64,000 nt of DNA from Candidatus Latescibacterota bacterium (GTDB lineage Bacteria; Latescibacterota; UBA2968; GCA-2709665). The notes beneath the pieces were generated by a model. The model had not been told where the DNA came from. It ran no database searches and saw nothing but the letters and a program-made list of their open reading frames with translations. This document shows positions 53,634 to 63,447 of this stretch, piece after piece (within the stretch, counting starts at the first letter, position 1; every line of letters begins with the position of its first letter). The DNA lies in assembly GCA_965226795.1 (NCBI GenBank), contig CBDDDZ010000005.1, positions 384,001-448,000 of the forward strand, written 5' to 3'. The translations under genes and the position numbers were made by a program.

Positions 53634-54869
53634 TTAGGGATTCCGCTCCGCCGCCGTTCCCCGGCCTGAATCAGCCGGAGTGGTGCTCCTGGATGACGTC
53701 GTGATCACTGTATCGGATGCGGTTTGACGGGACGGGGAAGGTTGTGTTTCGCCAAGTCCGCGTGGATCACGGAGTTCCTGGCGACTGGCCTGGACCACAT
53801 CGCGGTCATCGATATTCAGAAGGGTTTTGAGGATGCTTCGCCTGCCCACAATAATGCGCAGGTCTGCCGTGGAGCCGTATTTGAGTCGTAGCGGGGTTTC
53901 CACAATGCGAATTTCCAACTCAAAGGTGCGGACGCCGCCACCGTGCACCGCATACCCGTAAAACCTGGAGATTTCGCCGGCGCCGATGAATTTCTCGCGG
54001 TCCGTAAAGAGATTGCTCAGGATTTCGACGGGGTGGCCCAGCCGGACCTTCCAGGCGTTGGTTTCCGGGACCCATGCTTCGATGGTATCGTCCCCGCCTT
54101 CACCGGCGATGATGAGTACGATCTGACCCTGTTCGGCCAGCATGCCGGGATGCAGGTCTCGCCTGGCCACAGTGCCGTTTACCGGCGACCGAAGGGTGGT
54201 CAGTTCGAGGCTTTCCCTCGCCGCCTTCAAAGCGTTTCGTGCTTTGTCCAGCGCGGCGCCGGCGCGGCGAACCTCGGCCGCCGCCTGTCTGAGTTCCGCG
54301 GGCGACGCGCCACGCCGGGTGAGGTTGAGAATCTCGGTTACGACTTTCAGATTGGTTTCCGCGAGTTGATAGTTGGTTTTTGCGCGTTCGAGTTCCTCGA
54401 CGCTCCAGAGGCGCTCGCCCAGGTAGAGGTGTTCGGCCCTCTGCATTTCCTGCTTGCGAGCCTTCAGTGCGATCCGTGCATGTTCGAGCCTGGATTCCGC
54501 AATTTTCAACGCTTCCGGAGTAGGTTTTTCTTTCTGCAGCGCCAGATTCGCCCGGGCGTGTTCCAGGTTGGCTTCGCTGCGCTGGACTTCCTTTTCGGCC
54601 TCTTCGACGGCGGCAAGGAGGTCGCCGCTGTAGAGTTGGACAACCGCCTGCCCGGCTTTGACCGGCGTTCCGGCCTCGCAATGAATGGCTTTAATGACCC
54701 GCTTGAGCGGTGAATCGATATAGATTTTTTCCCCGGGCTCGACAATGCCCTGGGCCATGACCACGTCGTCAATCTCGATAAAAGCCAGGGTAAGTATTAC
54801 AGCCGCCAGCAAACCCGAAATCCACAGCACCCACTTTAACACGCGGTGCCTGCGTCGCCTGCGCATCAT
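53634..54869 (-). CDS. HlyD-family membrane fusion (periplasmic adaptor) protein
   Basis: N-terminal TM helix, lipoyl-like half motifs (G..VKAGQ; LRSPVNGTV) flanking a coiled coil. Confidence 0.8.
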   Translation of the reverse strand: MMRRRRRHRVLKWVLWISGLLAAVILTLAFIEIDDVVMAQGIVEPGEKIYIDSPLKRVIKAIHCEAGTPVKAGQAVVQLYSGDLLAAVEEAEKEVQRSEANLEHARANLALQKEKPTPEALKIAESRLEHARIALKARKQEMQRAEHLYLGERLWSVEELERAKTNYQLAETNLKVVTEILNLTRRGASPAELRQAAAEVRRAGAALDKARNALKAARESLELTTLRSPVNGTVARRDLHPGMLAEQGQIVLIIAGEGGDDTIEAWVPETNAWKVRLGHPVEILSNLFTDREKFIGAGEISRFYGYAVHGGGVRTFELEIRIVETPLRLKYGSTADLRIIVGRRSILKTLLNIDDRDVVQASRQELRDPRGLGETQPSPSRQTASDTVITTSSRSTTPADSGRGTAAERNP

Positions 54870-54886
54870 TACGGAAACCCTTTTGC

Positions 54887-54915
54887 TTGACAGCGGAGAA
54901 CGGCTTGTCTATATT
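54887..54915 (+). promoter_or_regulatory. Sigma70-type promoter for tRNA-Lys
   Basis: TTGACA-17 bp-TATATT. Confidence 0.7.
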
Positions 54916-54969
54916 GATCACTTTGCCCGATCACGCACCGGTTTTCGAGGTTTGATCCGGGAACGGAAT

Positions 54970-55041
54970 GGGCCCGTAGCTCAGGGGTAGAGCAGCGGCC
55001 TTTTAAGCCGTTGGTCGAAGGTTCAAATCCTTCCGGGCTCA
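54970..55041 (+). tRNA. tRNA-Lys(UUU), CCA not encoded
   Basis: Acceptor stem GGGCCCG/CGGGCTC, D arm TAGCTCAG..GGTAGAGC, anticodon loop CTTTTAA, T loop GGTTCAAATCC. Confidence 0.95.
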
Positions 55042-55079
55042 TTTAACTTTTTCAAAATAAAATACTTGCATTATAAAAT

Positions 55080-55109
55080 GGCCCGGATCGAAACAGATCG
55101 GGCTTTTTT
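55080..55109 (+). terminator. Terminator after tRNA-Lys
   Basis: GGCCCG.GATC-GAAACA-GATCGGGC followed by TTTTTT. Confidence 0.65.
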
Positions 55110-55285
55110 GTTACTTACATCGAATGGTTCCACGATGACGCGAAACGCCAGCGATTTTGGAGTCTTTTAAGTTATCATATCCCATGTTAAAAGTCAAGGC
55201 GATTCAACTCTCCAATTGCGCGGGTACTGACGATCTCCGTCCAATCAGCCGGCTCTCCGGACTATCGGAATTTTGCATTAATGAC

Positions 55286-55335
55286 TTGACAAGGCGCAAT
55301 GACTTTATTATTGTTGACTAACTTGATCAACAATA
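55286..55335 (+). promoter_or_regulatory. cysH promoter with overlapping palindromic operator
   Basis: TTGACA(55286)-17-TATTGT. Inverted repeat TATTGTTGA-N9-TCAACAATA at 55309-55335. Confidence 0.65.
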
Positions 55336-55363
55336 TAGTAAAATAAGCCAGTAGAGGATGTGC

Positions 55364-56113
55364 ATGGATTTCGACCAGCAGAAGATTGGCCGGTTGGCCG
55401 ATGCATTGGAGGGGGCGCCGCCCGAGGAAATCCTGGAGTGGGCCTGGCGAGACCTGGGTCCCGCAGTCGCGATGAGTACGGCATTCGGGGCCAGTGGTGT
55501 GGTTCTCGTGGAAATGGCGCAGAGGGTGGTCCCGCAACTTCCTTTTTTTACAATCGACACCGGGTATCTGTTTCCTGAAACACTTGCGCTCAAAACGCGT
55601 ATCGAGGCGCGGTACGATATTGAGATTCAGTCCTTACGCCCCCGCTTGAGCGTACCCGAGCAGGATCGCGTCTGCGGCCCCGATCTGTACAACCGGGATC
55701 CGGGTCGATGCTGCCGGATGCGCAAGGTGGAACCGCTGCAGCGCAAATTGGCAATCCTGAACGGCTGGATTGCAGGTCTTCGGAGAGATCAGTCCGGAAC
55801 GAGGGCGGGTGTACGCGTCGTGGAAGGATACCGAACCAGCGGCGGTCGGGACGTCACCAAGATAAATCCGCTTGCCGCCTGGACGCGGAAGCAGGTGTGG
55901 GATTACATCATTGAAAATGATCTGCCGTACAATTCGCTCATGGACCAGGGCTATTCAAGCATCGGCTGTTGGCCCTGCACCCGGCCGGCAGCGCCCGGCG
56001 CCGACGAACGCGCGGGCCGCTGGGCGGGCACGTCCAAATCGGAATGCGGCATGCACGTACCGTTGATAGAGGTCGAAATACCGGAAGCGGAGGGGCAACT
56101 GGCGGCGGGATAA
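55364..56113 (+). CDS. cysH: APS/PAPS reductase, Fe-S (APS) type
   Basis: DTGYLFPET, CC..RKVEPL, GLRRDQS, SIGCWPCT, ECGMH. Confidence 0.93.
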   Translation: MDFDQQKIGRLADALEGAPPEEILEWAWRDLGPAVAMSTAFGASGVVLVEMAQRVVPQLPFFTIDTGYLFPETLALKTRIEARYDIEIQSLRPRLSVPEQDRVCGPDLYNRDPGRCCRMRKVEPLQRKLAILNGWIAGLRRDQSGTRAGVRVVEGYRTSGGRDVTKINPLAAWTRKQVWDYIIENDLPYNSLMDQGYSSIGCWPCTRPAAPGADERAGRWAGTSKSECGMHVPLIEVEIPEAEGQLAAG

Positions 56114-56218
56114 TCGGAGCTGAATAGACAACGGTACCGGACAGACCTGATCTTCATTGGCGGAAGCCCTACAAGCTTCCGCCTTTGTATTTCGTCCGGC
56201 GAACCCGCTTTTGGATCT

Positions 56219-56243
56219 GTAGGGGCAACCCTTGTGGTTGCCC
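56219..56243 (+). repeat. GTAG-type REP
   Basis: GTAGGGGCAACCCTTGTGGTTGCCC, identical at 59840-59864. Variants at 28479, 47859, 57013 and 57131. Confidence 0.85.
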
Positions 56244-56354
56244 ACGGTATGGCGAGGATCTCGCTGGTTTCCATGGGCAGTCCGTAATACCATCTACTTT
56301 AGCATGAACGCTGAAGCTTGTTGCCAACTAAGCTATTATTTTGTCTTTTTTTAC

Positions 56355-56570
56355 GCCCTTTTTCTTTCTCGCCAAAGAAAAAGGGCCAAAAAGAACGGCG
56401 CCTGCCTGCCGAGCACGACTCGGCGCAGGCAGGCCGCTCGGCGTGGGGCCGGTTTTTCCGCGAATCGCCTAACTGGTGAATACAGGCGCCTGTGCCCTGC
56501 GTGCAAGTCAGGTGTACGAGTAACATGGTGGTGGACGGATTAACGCGGAAAAACCCCCCTCACCCCCGGA
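56355..56570 (-). repeat. Structured dispersed element, subtype A, copy A4 (nested hairpin 56401-56433)
   Basis: Cassette at 56470-56531. Confidence 0.85.
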
Positions 56571-56677
56571 AGCGCGAGGGATGGAGCGCGAAGAATCCGC
56601 CTCCGCCCGCGCAGCGGGTGACCTGTTGGCCGGCGGTTTATCGGGACAACAGGGGACGCCTGGTTCTGGCGTTCGAG

Positions 56678-56848
56678 GCTGATGGTGAGCGGCGCGATTG
56701 TTGCCGCGAACAAACCCCCCACTCCGCCACCGGTCGCATGGGGGATAAATCACAGCATGGGGCGCTTAGTGTTGGTGTTCCAGGTTGCTGGTGAGCGGCG
56801 CGATTCTTGCGGCGAACAGGCCCCCCACTCCACTACCGAGCGGGGGGC
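56678..56848 (+). repeat. Repeat module C, two tandem copies (third copy at 59728-59790)
   Basis: TGGTGAGCGGCGCG(A/G)TTnTTGCnnCGAACA..CCCC. Confidence 0.75.
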
Positions 56849-56974
56849 CTGTTTTCTCGCGCAGTACCGCCGTATGGATTGACGGTCGTACCGCTTTTTC
56901 CCTGTCTGATGCCCGATTGGTTAAACTCCCTCTCTCCTCACAGGTGAGGGGGCCGGGGGAGATGTCCCCGGGAC

Positions 56975-57155
56975 CGAGGGCTTCCAGCCCTCGACGCGCC
57001 GTTGTTGCATTTGCAGGGGCACTCTCAGAGTTGCCCACATAACGGCGCAGACTTCGCTGATTAACATCGCGGGTCCGTATCGCTGCCGGTGTTAGCTGAT
57101 TGCTGTAAACTGACTGCTGATCGCTGCTTTGTAGGGGCAACTTTCAAAGTTACCC
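56975..57155 (+). repeat. Repeat module D plus an additional REP
   Basis: Closely matches 47821-47967. Confidence 0.8.
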
Positions 57156-57363
57156 GCATATTGGCATTGCGGGAGACTTACATTCGGTGAGCATCTTATG
57201 GGGAATTGAGAGCTTGGTGCGGAAGGGTGCCGACTATGTTTTCGAGTGCGTTCAGCGGACAGAATAGAGAACGCCGATAGGGATCAGACGCAAGAATCTC
57301 GACAGGCAGGATGGCTGCTTCTACGATATAAACGTGTACAATCACAGTCCGGACAAGATAGAG

Positions 57364-59413
57364 CTAACTGTCGAAGTTCGTTCCGAAGGCCCTCGAGAAA
57401 ATCAGAAAGTCTGAAAAGCCAACCTCGGCATCCTCATCCAGATCGAACGAGGGATCGAAATTCTCGTCGGCTGAGGACAGGCCGAACGCTTTCGCAAATG
57501 CAATGAAATCCGGGAACGCGACCGTCCCGTCGCGGTCGAAGTCGGGAGAAGGCGGTTTCCCTTCTACGACGGTCAATTTATAGTAATGAAACATAAAGAA
57601 CCCACCACCACCCGGGAAATCAGCACCCTTAAAGTCCTGCTGTGCCCCCACATTGAGCAAATATTCTCCGATTTCTCCCCGGGCAAAAAAGATGTTTCTA
57701 CTGAATCGCCCGTTCGTGACCGGTGCTCGCAAGATTTTCTCGTGTTCGTCGTTATAGATATGAAATTTGACTTCAATAGAAAAGGACGAATCGGACACGG
57801 TGCCACTGATCCAGATGGCCTGCCTGGTGCTGACTTGGAGAGGTAGTGGAGGGTGTAAGGTAATACGGGGCGGATAACCCGCCGGCAGATCAAGACGCGG
57901 AGAATAATCCTTCGGGATGGGAATAAACTGGGCGCGAATTTTGCCGTTTGGATCGGCATGAATGGTCAGTGTTGTCGGGCTTCGATCTCCCATAACGACG
58001 TATATAGGTCGAAGATAGTTGGTGAATCACCCCACTGACGGTGACTGCGCCGAAAGAGTCCGGTTTGACGGCCCATTGGTCGTGGTTGTGTTGATACCCA
58101 CCCTCAGGCCAAAGCACATATTCCATGGGGAGCGGGAAGGCTCGACCTTGCGAAATGTTGTTTACGAGAGGAGCTGTCGTATAATTGAGCCTGGGGTTGA
58201 GGCCCAGCCCACTCAAAAACAACCTCGATACGTGCCGCTCGAAGATGTCTACGATTGGGCTACCGGTTGCATTCTCGATATTTGCAACTCCAGATTTACT
58301 TGTTTGTACCAGCCGTGTCACAATTCCCGAGCCAAATTCCTCAATGAGACTGCGTATGAACATGTAGGCGGCGCCTCGTCTCGCTTGTTCCGGAGAAGAC
58401 GGTGCACCAAGGGCTCCCCTCTCCGTATTCCGGAAGAAGACATCGACATCCAGGCGCTTGCTTCTGCTAAACTCACCGATCAGATCTTCAGCGACATGAG
58501 ATAACCCTTCATTGAGCCATGTTTCTTCCGATTGCCCGTTACGTAGCAACACGTGTTGATTGAAGCTGATGAGATGTTGAAACTCATGGGCAATCACGGG
58601 ATCGAAGTCGTTGGGCTTAAGATCTGGATTGACGTAGAACATATCCGATCGATTTCCATTGCCTCCCTGGCGCGCGGGCAGAAGCGCCAGGGCATCGAAA
58701 ATACCCCATGCACCTGCGAAAAGAACGTTGGGGTCAGGATCCGTCAGGTGGGTGTAGAGGAAATGGACTCTGCCATCGTTATCTACGTCTGATTCACTTC
58801 CGAATGCGGATGTGATTTTGGGATAGGTCTTTGTACTGAAGCGGTCGACTTGTGCCTGGATCTGCTCCTTGCTCACTCTGCTGGTATCGGCCACGTCCAC
58901 ATAGGCATTTGCCCGCTGGCTCGTCGCATAGAGGACGGCTGTAATTGTGGTATCTTCCTCGATAATCCAGCAAGCATAGCCAGGAAAGACAAAATCTCGG
59001 GTACTGCCGATTTGTTGGGATACAATCTTCGCTGCCGGTGCGTGATAACCACCGGACTGTTGAAGGCGGCCCGCAAGTCCGCGTTCTTGGTTTCGCAGCG
59101 TGGCTTCTAGACTGGCGCTGTTCGGGAGGTTTGTTGGCCGTCTTGCCCCGTCAAAATGCACCATTGCCGGTTCCGAATCGCCAAAGGCGGCAGTTTCGGA
59201 GAAGCCGAACGGATGGCCAATTCCAAATCCACTGGTTTCCACGTCAGTCTGTGTGGAATAGACGATCAACTGATAGTCGCGGTCTGAAAAATCCAGTGTC
59301 AATGTGGTTGAACCTTCAGCGAGATCGACCTTGAAGGGTTCGCCGATTTCCTGAGCGAAAAGCGGCTGAAAGCAGATCAATAACAAGAACAAAGAACTAG
59401 CAAGGTATCTCAT
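57364..59413 (-). pseudogene. Frameshifted exported zinc metallopeptidase-like gene (HEFQH) with C-terminal EF-hand/dockerin-like repeats
   Basis: Signal peptide and HEFQH...WLNEGLS. A frame change near 57990 joins it to an ORF ending PDFDRDGTVAFPDF...FDLDEDAEVGFSDF. Confidence 0.7.
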
Positions 59414-59727
59414 TCTGAGCCTCGACTCACGATGTAGACCGACCTCACCTTTGAATGCGGATATGCATGGTGTCCCACAAGTGACTAAGATAGTTCGCCT
59501 GGCGTGTCGGGCCAAGTATATTTTTCGCGCATTAGTTGGACTCATAGTAAGAATGTAGCCTCCCGGCGTCCAATGCCCTGTGATCTGCGTGGTCAGATTT
59601 TGGGAAGTCCATCTGGCTCAGAACGCCGGTTGCCACGAGCGGTTTGAACTGGATGTTGGGCTGCCAGTTGATCTTAGCGCAGAAAGTCCGGATTTCATGT
59701 CAGACGCCTCAGGTGTCGCCGTTCTAT

Positions 59728-59962
59728 GCTGATGGTGAGCGGCGCGGTTTTTGCCACGAACAAACCCCTATCACCACAACCGGGCGGGCGACTGGAGTAC
59801 CCATGAAGCCGCAAGCCATTGCGCGCCGCGTTTGTGTTTGTAGGGGCAACCCTTGTGGTTGCCCACATAACGGCGCAGACTTCGCCAATTGACATCGCGG
59901 GCCCGTATCGCTGACTCTACGCCGAACGAAATCTGTAGGGGCGACCGGCCGGTCGCCCCTAC
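59728..59962 (+). repeat. Module C, module D and a perfect REP palindrome
   Basis: GTAGGGGCGACCGGCCGGTCGCCCCTAC at 59935-59962. Confidence 0.75.
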
Positions 59963-60168
59963 CCCAATCGGACGAAACGCCCCGATGATGTCGAAGAGGC
60001 TCTGTAGCCGGTGTAGGGCTAATCAGAGTCGCACGCGTCGCATTGTGCGACACATTGGAACGAGGGCGTATCTTCCGCTCAATTGTCGGACAATATAGCC
60101 AAAGATTCTCGCGGGTTCTGTGCTGTATGTTCACGCTGACCGCTAATCGCTATTCGCACCTTTATCAA

Positions 60169-60419
60169 AGGAAACCACGCCGGTATCTAACGTGATGCCT
60201 TTCGAGAGGACTTCCAGAGCAGAGCGCGCAGTTCCGTCCATCTCCAAGTACGGGTATGCGCCTTCGTTGTCAGGGCAGCAGGTCATGTGCGACCCGTGAG
60301 GCAATTCGCGCTGTGCATATGGCAGGCCCCGCGCCCAGCGGCGACTTTTGGTTCCTTTTGGTCGCTTCAAAAGGAACCCGCCGGAGGCAGGGAATTTGGG
60401 GAGAGGTTGCGAATTTGGA
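60169..60419 (+). repeat. Structured dispersed element, subtype B, copy B2
   Basis: Cassette at 60241-60299; flanks near-identical to B1. Confidence 0.9.
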
Positions 60420-60628
60420 TTCCATTTTTTCGATTTTAATTTATGCCCTTTTTCTTTCTCGTCAAGAAAGTCGCAAAAGGAACGATGCTGCCCAGGCGCT
60501 GCGGGCTATGTAGGCGTTTCCGGACTGCCATGCTGAGCGGACGAGCGCAGAAAGGCCCCTTCCCCCCAGACTGGGCACCTGCAAGACGGGGCGACCGATA
60601 TAGCGCAGGCCTTTCCCTTCCTCCCCGC

Positions 60629-60912
60629 GGGCGGTTCGCGAACCGCCCCTACAAAACCTGGCATCCTTGATATTGATATCGCCCTGTTTCGCGTCGCCCT
60701 GGCATTCGTAGGGGCGACCGGCGGTCGCCCTACAGAGATATTTCCGAGAATTGACTTCGTCAGGCCATCTCGATGTCTGGAGGACGCGGGGTGGTGTCCT
60801 CGACCGTCTCCCTTCTCACCGCCTTTCGTGGTTGCCCGCCTGATGTCGCAGATATAACTGATTGACGTCGCGCGTCCGTATCGCTAACCGTTTTGGCTGA
60901 CAGCTAACCGCT
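60629..60912 (+). repeat. REP palindromes (60629-60652, 60708-60733) and degenerate module D with heptamers
   Basis: Direct similarity to the other copies in the window. Confidence 0.7.
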
Positions 60913-61056
60913 GTTCTTGCTGACTTCCGCCGTTTACGCTTGACAAAGCCGGTCGTCGGTATATATTATTTTTGCTGCTTGGTCCCGGGCAACACGGGGC
61001 CATTTTTATAGGTGATCGGGGTGTATCCCACCCGCACGATCGGGAAGAGGTGGCTT

Positions 61057-62004
61057 GTGGGGCATCAGGCGCGGACGTCAAAGAAAAGTTCCCGAATTCA
61101 GCCGACAATTGTCGACGCCATCGGCAAGACGCCGCTTTTGCGCATCCGGAAGTTTGCGGATCACCTGGCTGGCGTTGAGATTTACGCGAAAATGGAGATG
61201 TTCAACCCGGGCGGATCGGTGAAGGACCGGCCGGCGTTGCAGATGATCCGGGATGCCATCGCGTCCGGTGAGTTGACACCCGATCGGGTGATTATCGATT
61301 CGACGTCCGGCAATACGGGAATCGCCTACGCGATGATCGGCGCGGCGCTGGGGTATCGGGTGGAACTGGTGATGCCGGGCAGCGTGAGCGTGGAACGCCG
61401 GCACGTGATTCAGGCCTACGGGGCGAGCCTTGTTATGAGCGATCCGCTGGAAGGCTCCGATGGCGCCATTCTGAAGTGCAGGGAGATTCTGGCGGCCAAG
61501 CCGGAGCGTTATTACAAACCGGATCAGTACAATAACCCTTCGAATCCCAGGGCGCACTATCTGCAGACGGCGCCGGAGATCTGGCGGCAGACGCGGGGGC
61601 GCGTGACCCATTTCGTGGCGACCCTCGGCACCAGCGGCACGTTGATCGGCACCGGCCGGCGGTTGAAGGAGTACAACCCCGACGTCCGGATAGTGGCCGT
61701 GGAACCGCACGAGTTTCACGGAATCGAAGGCCTGAAGAATATGGACGTATCCATCGTGCCGGGAATTTACGACCCTTCGGTGTGGGATCAGAAGATCCGC
61801 GTGGAGACCGAAGATGCCTACGCGGCCGCGAGGCGGTTGACGCGCGAGCTAGGCATTCCTGCCGGACAGTCGTGCGGTGCGGCCTTCGCGGGGGCTTTGC
61901 GCGTGGCCGAGGAGGCGGGCGAAGGGGTTGTGGTTACCCTTTTCGCGGACAGCGGAGAGAAATATATGAGCACCCCGTTGTGGCGTCTGGACGAGCCGGT
62001 TTGA
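61057..62004 (+). CDS. cysM: PLP-dependent cysteine synthase (CysM-like)
   Basis: NPGGSVKDR, STSGNTG, GTSGT. Start uncertain (GTG at 61057 or 61012). Confidence 0.85.
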   Translation: MGHQARTSKKSSRIQPTIVDAIGKTPLLRIRKFADHLAGVEIYAKMEMFNPGGSVKDRPALQMIRDAIASGELTPDRVIIDSTSGNTGIAYAMIGAALGYRVELVMPGSVSVERRHVIQAYGASLVMSDPLEGSDGAILKCREILAAKPERYYKPDQYNNPSNPRAHYLQTAPEIWRQTRGRVTHFVATLGTSGTLIGTGRRLKEYNPDVRIVAVEPHEFHGIEGLKNMDVSIVPGIYDPSVWDQKIRVETEDAYAAARRLTRELGIPAGQSCGAAFAGALRVAEEAGEGVVVTLFADSGEKYMSTPLWRLDEPV

Positions 62005-62016
62005 AGGAGGGCGGTT

Positions 62017-62484
62017 TTGGATCGGGCGGTCTGGAAACAGATTTACGAACATGCGCGCAAGGATTATCCGGCCGAGTGCTGCGGGATCGTGGCAGTCGGG
62101 ACGGACGGCGTCTACAAGGTGCATCCGTGCGAGAATATACAGGACCGGCTGCACGCCCGAAACCCTGAGGAACACCCCCGCACCTCCAGGAACGCTTACC
62201 GGATGGACGATCTGGAGGTTCACCGGATATTTACGGAGACAGAAAGCGCGGGCGGCCATGTGGTGGCGTTTTATCATTCGCACATCGACTGCGGCGCGTA
62301 TTTTTCCGAGGAAGATCGCCAGGCCGCCATGTTTATGGACGAACCGGCTTTTCCGAATGTGGTGTACATCGTGGTCTCCGTTGTGGACGGAGCTGTTCGG
62401 GACGCGGCCGGGTTCGGATGGGACGAAAATACGAAGACATTTGCGGAGACGGCGCTGGAGGGTTACAATCCCGCAATCCATTAG
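62017..62484 (+). CDS. JAMM/MPN+ (M67) metallopeptidase, Mec-like
   Basis: YP.ECCG and YHSH.....FS.ED. Confidence 0.9.
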   Translation: MDRAVWKQIYEHARKDYPAECCGIVAVGTDGVYKVHPCENIQDRLHARNPEEHPRTSRNAYRMDDLEVHRIFTETESAGGHVVAFYHSHIDCGAYFSEEDRQAAMFMDEPAFPNVVYIVVSVVDGAVRDAAGFGWDENTKTFAETALEGYNPAIH

Positions 62485-62636
62485 AAATCGGATCGCAAGT
62501 GGGTATGGCTATGGGTGGAGTATCGGTCGCGCATGGGGGAAGAAGTGGCCTCACTCGGGAAAGAACGGACAGATTCGACACAGCTGAATTGCAATCCCGG
62601 CAACGCAATACAACCACCATTCAGGAGGTTCATACG

Positions 62637-62921
62637 ATGGGCTTGACCGTACGGATTCCGACGCCATTGCGAAAATTCACGGGTGATCGCACGGATGTCG
62701 AAGCCAGCGGAGCAACACTGGGCGAGCTGCTCGACGATCTGGAATCGAAACATCCGGGTATCAAGGAGAATCTGGTCGACGCCGGCACCGGTGGTTTGCG
62801 CCGGTTCGTAAACGTGTACGTCAACGACGAGGACGTTCGTTTTCTGGAGGGTACGGAGACGCCGCTGAAAGACGGCGACAGCGTGACGATTGTTCCGGCC
62901 ATCGCCGGAGGGCGGTGTTAA
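62637..62921 (+). CDS. Ubiquitin-like sulfur carrier (CysO/MoaD/ThiS family) ending GG-RC
   Basis: VRIPTPLR, RRFVNVYVN.ED.R, PAIAGGRC. Confidence 0.9.
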   Translation: MGLTVRIPTPLRKFTGDRTDVEASGATLGELLDDLESKHPGIKENLVDAGTGGLRRFVNVYVNDEDVRFLEGTETPLKDGDSVTIVPAIAGGRC

Positions 62922-62981
62922 ACTGAAAAACGTTTTGCAGGTGGGGTATGTGTCACCCGCCTGTCCATTGGGAGGCCGCCT

Positions 62982-63410
62982 GTGCAAATCTCCTCAAAGG
63001 GAAACTACGGATTGCGGGCCATATTGGATCTGGCGCTGCATTACGGCGAGGGGGTTGTACAGAGTGCGGATATTGCCTCCCGGCAGGATATTCCGGAATC
63101 CTATCTTGTACAGTTGCTGAATCTGCTGCGCAATGCCGGGCTGGTGCGGAGCGTCAGAGGTCCCAGGGGCGGCCACGAACTGATCCGGCGGCCCGAGGAT
63201 ATTACAGTGGGGGCGGTCCTGGAGGTCCTTGAGGGTCCGATCCAACTCACCGGAGAATCGACGGAGAGCGAGTACGGGGCAAAGGATGTTTTGCGGGAAG
63301 TCTATGAACGGTTGGAGGCAGCGGTGGAGGAAGTTCTGGCATCAGTAACGATAGGTGACCTCTGCACGAGATACCGAACCCAACGCGGGCGTATCGTCTT
63401 TCGAATCTAG
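62982..63410 (+). CDS. Rrf2-family regulator, CymR-like (no Fe-S Cys triad)
   Basis: S.KG.YGLRA, YL.Q....L...GLV.S.RGP.GG, C-terminus IVFRI. Confidence 0.88.
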   Translation: MQISSKGNYGLRAILDLALHYGEGVVQSADIASRQDIPESYLVQLLNLLRNAGLVRSVRGPRGGHELIRRPEDITVGAVLEVLEGPIQLTGESTESEYGAKDVLREVYERLEAAVEEVLASVTIGDLCTRYRTQRGRIVFRI

Positions 63411-63447
63411 ATCGGAAGTGGATCGATCCCACCCCACGGCATATTGC

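Noticed and set aside
54970..55260. Integrative element at tRNA-Lys
   Set aside because: No integrase, and I found no duplicated tRNA 3' end in the window.
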